64,000 nt of DNA, taken from contig CM060733.1 of assembly GCA_030704615.1 (NCBI GenBank), positions 28,706,001 through 28,770,000 of the forward strand, read 5' to 3'. Under the pieces are notes generated by a model. That model made no database searches. It was given only the letters and a program-made list of their open reading frames with translations, and was not told where the DNA came from. Made by a program: the position numbers and the translations under genes. This document shows, one piece after another, positions 58,804 to 64,000 of this stretch. This stretch comes from Takakia lepidozioides (taxonomy: Eukaryota > Plantae > Bryophyta). Position 1 is the first letter of the stretch, and each line of letters starts with the position of its first letter.

Positions 58804-60700
58804 ACCTTACGACTGGATGGTGTTCCGTGACGACTCAAATTGTTCTTTTGTGCTGCCATCCCTTATATAATACCATGTGGATCCATCACAAAGCTGGGTT
58901 TCTTCAGATTCTCCGCCCTTTTCCACAATTTATGCACGACGGATGTAAGCCGCTATACTTGGTCACATAAACAGTTTCATCGTCCAATACGAAATCTGCA
59001 ATACACGCCCCCATGTGCATACGCTTCCACCATTTTCGCGCCCATGTTACCCATGGGTTCCTTTAACGAACTAAACTTGTGAAGGCTCTCATGATGGATG
59101 CAGTACAAAGGGGCTAAACGTATTATGACGGATCACAAGCAGATGACGTTATCGACGACAGATGTCCGCATTTTTCATATTTATGACATAGAACCAAACC
59201 ATAAAACGAAGGTTCCCGAAAGCACAACAAGAAGGCAAAAATAGTGGAAGCATATGCACGATGGTGGCTGTAGTGCCGAGACAGTCCTCTCATGTTCATG
59301 CACACGCTTCATCATCATCATGAACATCGCGCGCAAAAAAAGAACGGTCGCGTGCATGGAAACGCCTACCGCAACATCGGACAACAAACAGCCGTAAAAA
59401 GAGAGCGGCCGGGATTTGGTGGGAAGATCATTGCCATTTTCGCAGCCCTAAAAATGGAGGGCTCGGATGGGTTATGGGAATGGACGGTGGCGATCCTGCG
59501 CCGTCAGCGGACTGGCGGGCAGACTGGCGGACTGGCAGACTGCTGGGCAGCGGACTGGAGGGCAGCGGACTCATGGGCGGGGATTGGCCGCGCGGCGGAC
59601 GGGGGCGCGGGCACGGTTGCTGCAGCCGCGCCCGCGGCTGGGCGACCGCGCGCAGCGGGGGGCGGGGTACTGGGGAGCCGGGCGTCCGTGCGCGGGGCCC
59701 ACCGGCCACTGCCCATTGAAGACCCTATTATCTTAAAATGAGAGGCTGGGCGGCCTATGTCCCTTTTCCTTCTTACAAAAAAAAGAAAAAAAAAAGGCTC
59801 AACATGCTTTTTGCCACACACTTATGAGAGTATATGGGAGAGCGTGTAACCATAGTGCCCAGTGCCCGTGGCAAGCGGGGGCGGTGTGGGCCCCGCAGGG
59901 GGCTTGTGTGCCTGCGTGGCGTAGAGGACGTGGCGCAGCGGGCAGGTGGGAGGCTGGCAGCCCCGGTCCGTGGCCCCCGCCCAATCTACCTCCTAGGCGG
60001 CCCAGGGCAGCCTGGGGCGGCTCTTTTCAGGCCCATTTGTGCTCATGTCCCGGGGCCTACTGTCCCCTCAGTGTTTGGGACATAGTGCCGAGGCCAGGCC
60101 AGTACACTGGTTTCTGGAAGAATCAGAGTGGCATTGTTCCTGGGCTTGTCTGATTGCGTCCTGCTTTTGCTTCTCAAATGATGGCTTGCTATGCTTGCTG
60201 CTGCTTCAGTGCCAGCATCTCTTGTCACATTATTGCACTGGAGCCGTGATTTTTCTCCCGGGTTTCGGTGCTCATCGTCACCTCCTCGCTTTGTTTTTCG
60301 TAAGTACTCATCAGATTCATGATTTTAAAAAACATTTCCAACTTCTCCGTTGATAATTGCTGGCTGATGCTCCTAAATGCGCTTGTTCTCCTTGCATTGG
60401 AGCACCAATTTTTCCCGGCTTGAGGTGCTTATCTTCACCTTGTGGCTCTATCTCCAATTTTTCCCGGGGTTGTGAGCTGGTTGCGTCTTCTCAAACGACA
60501 GTGTTTCTTTGTCAGATTCCTTGGATTGGAGCTGTGTTTTCCCCAGGCTCAAGGTGCCGATCTCCACCTCCTTGCTCTCCCTGTTTTTGTGCTTCGTGTA
60601 TTCTGATACAATGGGATTTGTTTCATAACTTTCGTTCTCTGACTCTCTGCTTGTCTCGGTCCTTGGCCTTATCTGTCCAGCTACAGAGGCAGCCGGCTAG

Positions 60701-63700
60701 ATGTGGACTCTCAAATCATCCGAGGGCGGGGGTCCCTGGATGCGCACCATGAATGGATACGTCGGACGACAGACCTGGCATTATGCTGAGGAACGGGAGT
60801 CGCTCGCAGATCATGTAGCAGTAGAAAAGGCGAGGTCTGTATTCACGGAAAACCGATATGAAAAGCGACATAGTGCAGACAAACTCATGCGCATGCAGGT
60901 CAGTTTATAGCGACTTCATCCAGGAATGCCCTTTCCCCCAATGATGCAATCAACTTGGAGAAGACGATTGTGAGCGCTACAGAAGTATAGCATTGAATTT
61001 AGATGGAGTAATGTGATGATGTGCAAGAGCCAAAATGGGTCCTTGCCTTTTAATTGTATAGGTCTCTATTGATTGAGGTTTCCTCCAAGGAATGCACCAA
61101 TGCAGCATTAAAAGCCATCCTTTTGAAACTTCAATGCGAGTATACCATGCTTCTAGTTCTCCTGTTATCTCATTAAATGCAGGTGACTTAGTCTAAGAAT
61201 GATACCTATTTCACAGCTGTTAAATGTGATTGACTGAAGAGATTGCATTGAACAACCACTGAAGCTCAAGTACATTCAACATTCACACGCTTAAAGATAT
61301 AGGTAACTGTTACTGTGGCATTGTGTCCGTGTATCGATGTTCAGCAGAGTATTTGCAAGACTTAATGTGATAAGATACCAGTCTCTGCTCCGCAATAGAA
61401 GATGACCTTCAATTTGTGGAGGAAAATTGGTGTGCTCCCTCTTGTAGAAAGGGTGGGAGGAATTTTCACAGCATTGGTTGGTATGGTAAAGTGACTTTCT
61501 TTTTTCTACCTTTGACATGATTTATTGTTTGAAATGCTCACATAGTTTGCGAGGGAGAACCCTCTTGCTCCTCTGCCTACTCAAGTCAAATTGGAGAACA
61601 GAAGTGATTTGACTGAAGATGCTGTCACGACAACTCTCCGCCGGGCTTTGAGATTCTACTCCACCATTCAAGCCCACGATGGGCACTGGCCTGGTGATTA
61701 TGGAGGCCCTATGTTTCTTATACCAGGCCTGGTGAGCGTCCCCACAAGGCCTTGATGTTGAATTGTTGTTTTTTGGCTCCTCAATTGCGAAGCGTTGGGT
61801 CTCACTAATTTTTTCCACTGCAGAGGGATCAATTCTGAAGTAAAAAAAGCCATGTGTTATTAGGCCTGCCTTGGAGTACGCATCTGCAGTGTGGGTTGAT
61901 AACTCCAACCAGGCTAAGTCTCTCGAATCCATTCAAGTGGGGGTGCTCAGGGACTGCATGTCAGCATGCTCCAAAACAGCTAATGTGGCTGTTCTGGGTG
62001 AGTTAGGCATCCCTCCTCTAAGCTCCTGACGAGATGAATTCAAGGTCGGATGGTGGGATCAGCTGCAACGTATGACTAATATCAGAAATCCTAAGCTAAT
62101 CAACTCTATATCTTGGAAGCAGGATCACCCTGTCAAACAGGCTAAGTCCTGGCGGAAGAGGGTAGAAGAGATTTTGAAGGATCTGAATCTTAGTCCGCAA
62201 GTCTTTGATCCTGGTGAATAAATTTGACTTAGAGGCTGTAGTGTCCAAAGCCATGTCTGTTGCCAGGAAATTGTCTGATGAAAATTAAGTTAGGCAGAAA
62301 ACTTCCCTGAACTTGTTTCCAGTCTGTGACATGGGTGAGGCCATCATGGACGACCTCAAGGGTCTACCCACTCTCGGCACAGGACTGAAATTTAAACGCA
62401 GGGCGGGAATCCTACATTTGAACAGCAAACAGATGCAGAGAGGAAAGGGGGATTGCAAATGCCCGTTGCGTGGGCAACCTGAAGACAATATCCACTTTCT
62501 GCATTATTGTCCTGGGTACTCTCACCAGAGCGACACCCTCTTGAATTCCATTGGGAATTGTTCCTGTACCTCTATTTACCAACTTTGAAAATCTCGAGGC
62601 TCAGCCAAAAGCCCAGGCCCTTTTGGGGTCTAGTTATTGGGCAGATCATAGCAGATTGATGTTTGTGTGAAGGGATTTCTAAAGGATATCTGGAAAACTT
62701 GGATCAATTGCTTGTTTCAAGGGGCTGTACTACCGGCGTCAGCCCCTGACAAAGGTAGTTTCTGTCCCTTTGTGTTCGCTCAAACTGGGCGCGAGGTCAA
62801 TGGCCACAAGGCTACATTCTCTCTCCTTCTTTGATCCTGGGTAGAATATTTCAGGTGGAATAAAGTGAGTTTTTCCTATGGAATCCTGAAACTGACAAGT
62901 AGATACTTGCTACAAAATCATTCTCTGGTTAGGGCCTTGTGGGATTTATTGAGTGCTTATGTGGTGGTTTGAATTTAGGGTTTCAGAACCCTTAACCTGC
63001 AATTTAGTACTCATTTACAAAAGTTGTTTGAGTACAAATGGCGGCTGCCTGAAACTACAGGCAAAGTGTCGGGCACACCACTCACTGAGCTTTACCTTCA
63101 AGAGATTTTCAACAGGGCTGTGGCCAGCAAGGTTTAAGCGCAACCTTGCCTTCATTATGCTGGTCGAGCTCCCTATGCAGTTCCTTTATTGACATGAACA
63201 GGAAGTTACACTTAGCCCTTACATGTGCTTTGCAATTACTTGTTTTTGCGTGAATGGATATGCGCAACGTTGCAGACTGGTCTGCCTCAAACTTACAAGG
63301 TTCTGTGCAATGTCACACCTTTGCTGTTATTCTTGCAATCTTTCACTTGCTTAGATCTGCATTTCGGACAGCGAAATGCAGATCCTTCACCTTCAATGGG
63401 TCTCTAAGCTATATGTGTAAGTTTTCTACAGAGTACATTGGATAGATGATGAAATCACCTACCACATGAGGCAGCCACTGCCTGGTACAACACTCGATGA
63501 CAGCCTCATGTTTCAGTGAGGGAAGTATTTTACGGAAGTAATGTACCCTTGGAATCTGATACCAGAGGGTTTTGAAGACCCGTCTTTGACTTGGATCAAT
63601 CTCAGTTTACAGCCCAGCTGAGTGGTTTCATTTTGAATACTGTGTTTGTTTTGTTTTAAGACATGGCAATACACTGGGCTATGGTGGAAGACTTGGATTT

Positions 63701-63989
63701 GTCTCAGTTTCGAGACATGGGATCGTCAGGGAAGTATTTGTGTTCAGTGGCAAGCTATGTTCTGCAGTTTATGAGCTGCAAGTCTGGTCCTCTCCCCTCC
63801 TATGCCTTAGCTGAGCTCTTTCCTTGCCTTTTTTGCACCTCTTTTTGGCCTGCTAGCCACATCAGGAGCTCATTTGTTTTGTGTCAATTTTATTGGCAGA
63901 TAATCACTCTGTCTGTGACAAGATCACTAGGTGCTGTGTTATCCCAAGCACATCAGCATGAGATGCGTCGTTATCTCTACAACCATCAG
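60701..63989 (+). CDS. CAS1: Oxidosqualene cyclase copy 2, exons 1-3 (continues beyond the window)
   Basis: Exons 60701-60898, 61546-61731 and 63900-63989 are near-identical to copy 1 (G->R in exon 1, M->I in PMFLIPGL, Y->H in exon 3); GC donor at 63990. Confidence 0.92.
61785..62822 (+). mobile_element. LINE family A 3' fragment in intron 2 of OSC copy 2
   Basis: Homologous to 8185-9220; tail GGTCAATGGCCACAAGGCTACATTCTCTC at ~62795-62825. Confidence 0.88.
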
Positions 63990-64000
63990 GCACGTCTGTA

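Larger units (their letters stand above)
35785..59755. mobile_element. Giant (~24 kb) MULE with long GC-rich TIRs
   Basis: 35785-36196 and 59442-59755 are reverse complements (CCTCTCATTTTAAGATAATAGGGTCTTCAATGGGCA ... CCATCCGAGCCCTCCATTTTTAGGGCTGC); encloses a transposase (+) and Ulp1/accessory genes (-); no 9-bp TSD recognised, TA flanks both ends. Confidence 0.9.

Noticed and set aside
25600-60000. Triterpene biosynthetic gene cluster (P450, acyl- or glycosyltransferases) between the OSC copies
   Set aside because: No tailoring-enzyme motifs recognised; the spacer is TE-derived as far as I can read it.

Overview
Eukaryotic nuclear DNA from a land plant, probably a non-seed plant (inference from gene and TE content). 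An intact 18-exon 2,3-oxidosqualene cyclase gene with cycloartenol-synthase signatures spans 3166-24715 (+, 756 aa). A second tandem paralog starts at 60701 and runs off the window. The first gene's introns are expanded by many insertions of a CT-site-targeting LINE, including a near-identical inverted pair bracketing exons 3-12. Its last exon is tandemly duplicated, and the second copy (25333-25440) is intact but changed at the residues known to control OSC product outcome (F727A, N728S, I733V, Y735N). This is a candidate 'one gene, two triterpene skeletons' switch. The 35-kb spacer is a nest of TEs: a non-autonomous MULE, a hAT fragment, an internally inverted L1, a small CACTA, chromovirus and Copia remnants, and a ~24-kb TIR-bounded MULE (35785-59755). 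That MULE carries an At4g13970-like SWIM transposase, a Ulp1-type protease gene, an orphan zinc-finger ORF and dispersed CAGAC/AGTCC motif arrays (VANDAL-like layout). It is itself interrupted by two oppositely oriented Pack-CACTA elements carrying OSB-type PDF-motif exons, PLS-PPR fragments and an F-box SKIP31-like exon. All identities and counts are by-eye estimates and all family assignments are from motif recall; no searches were run.
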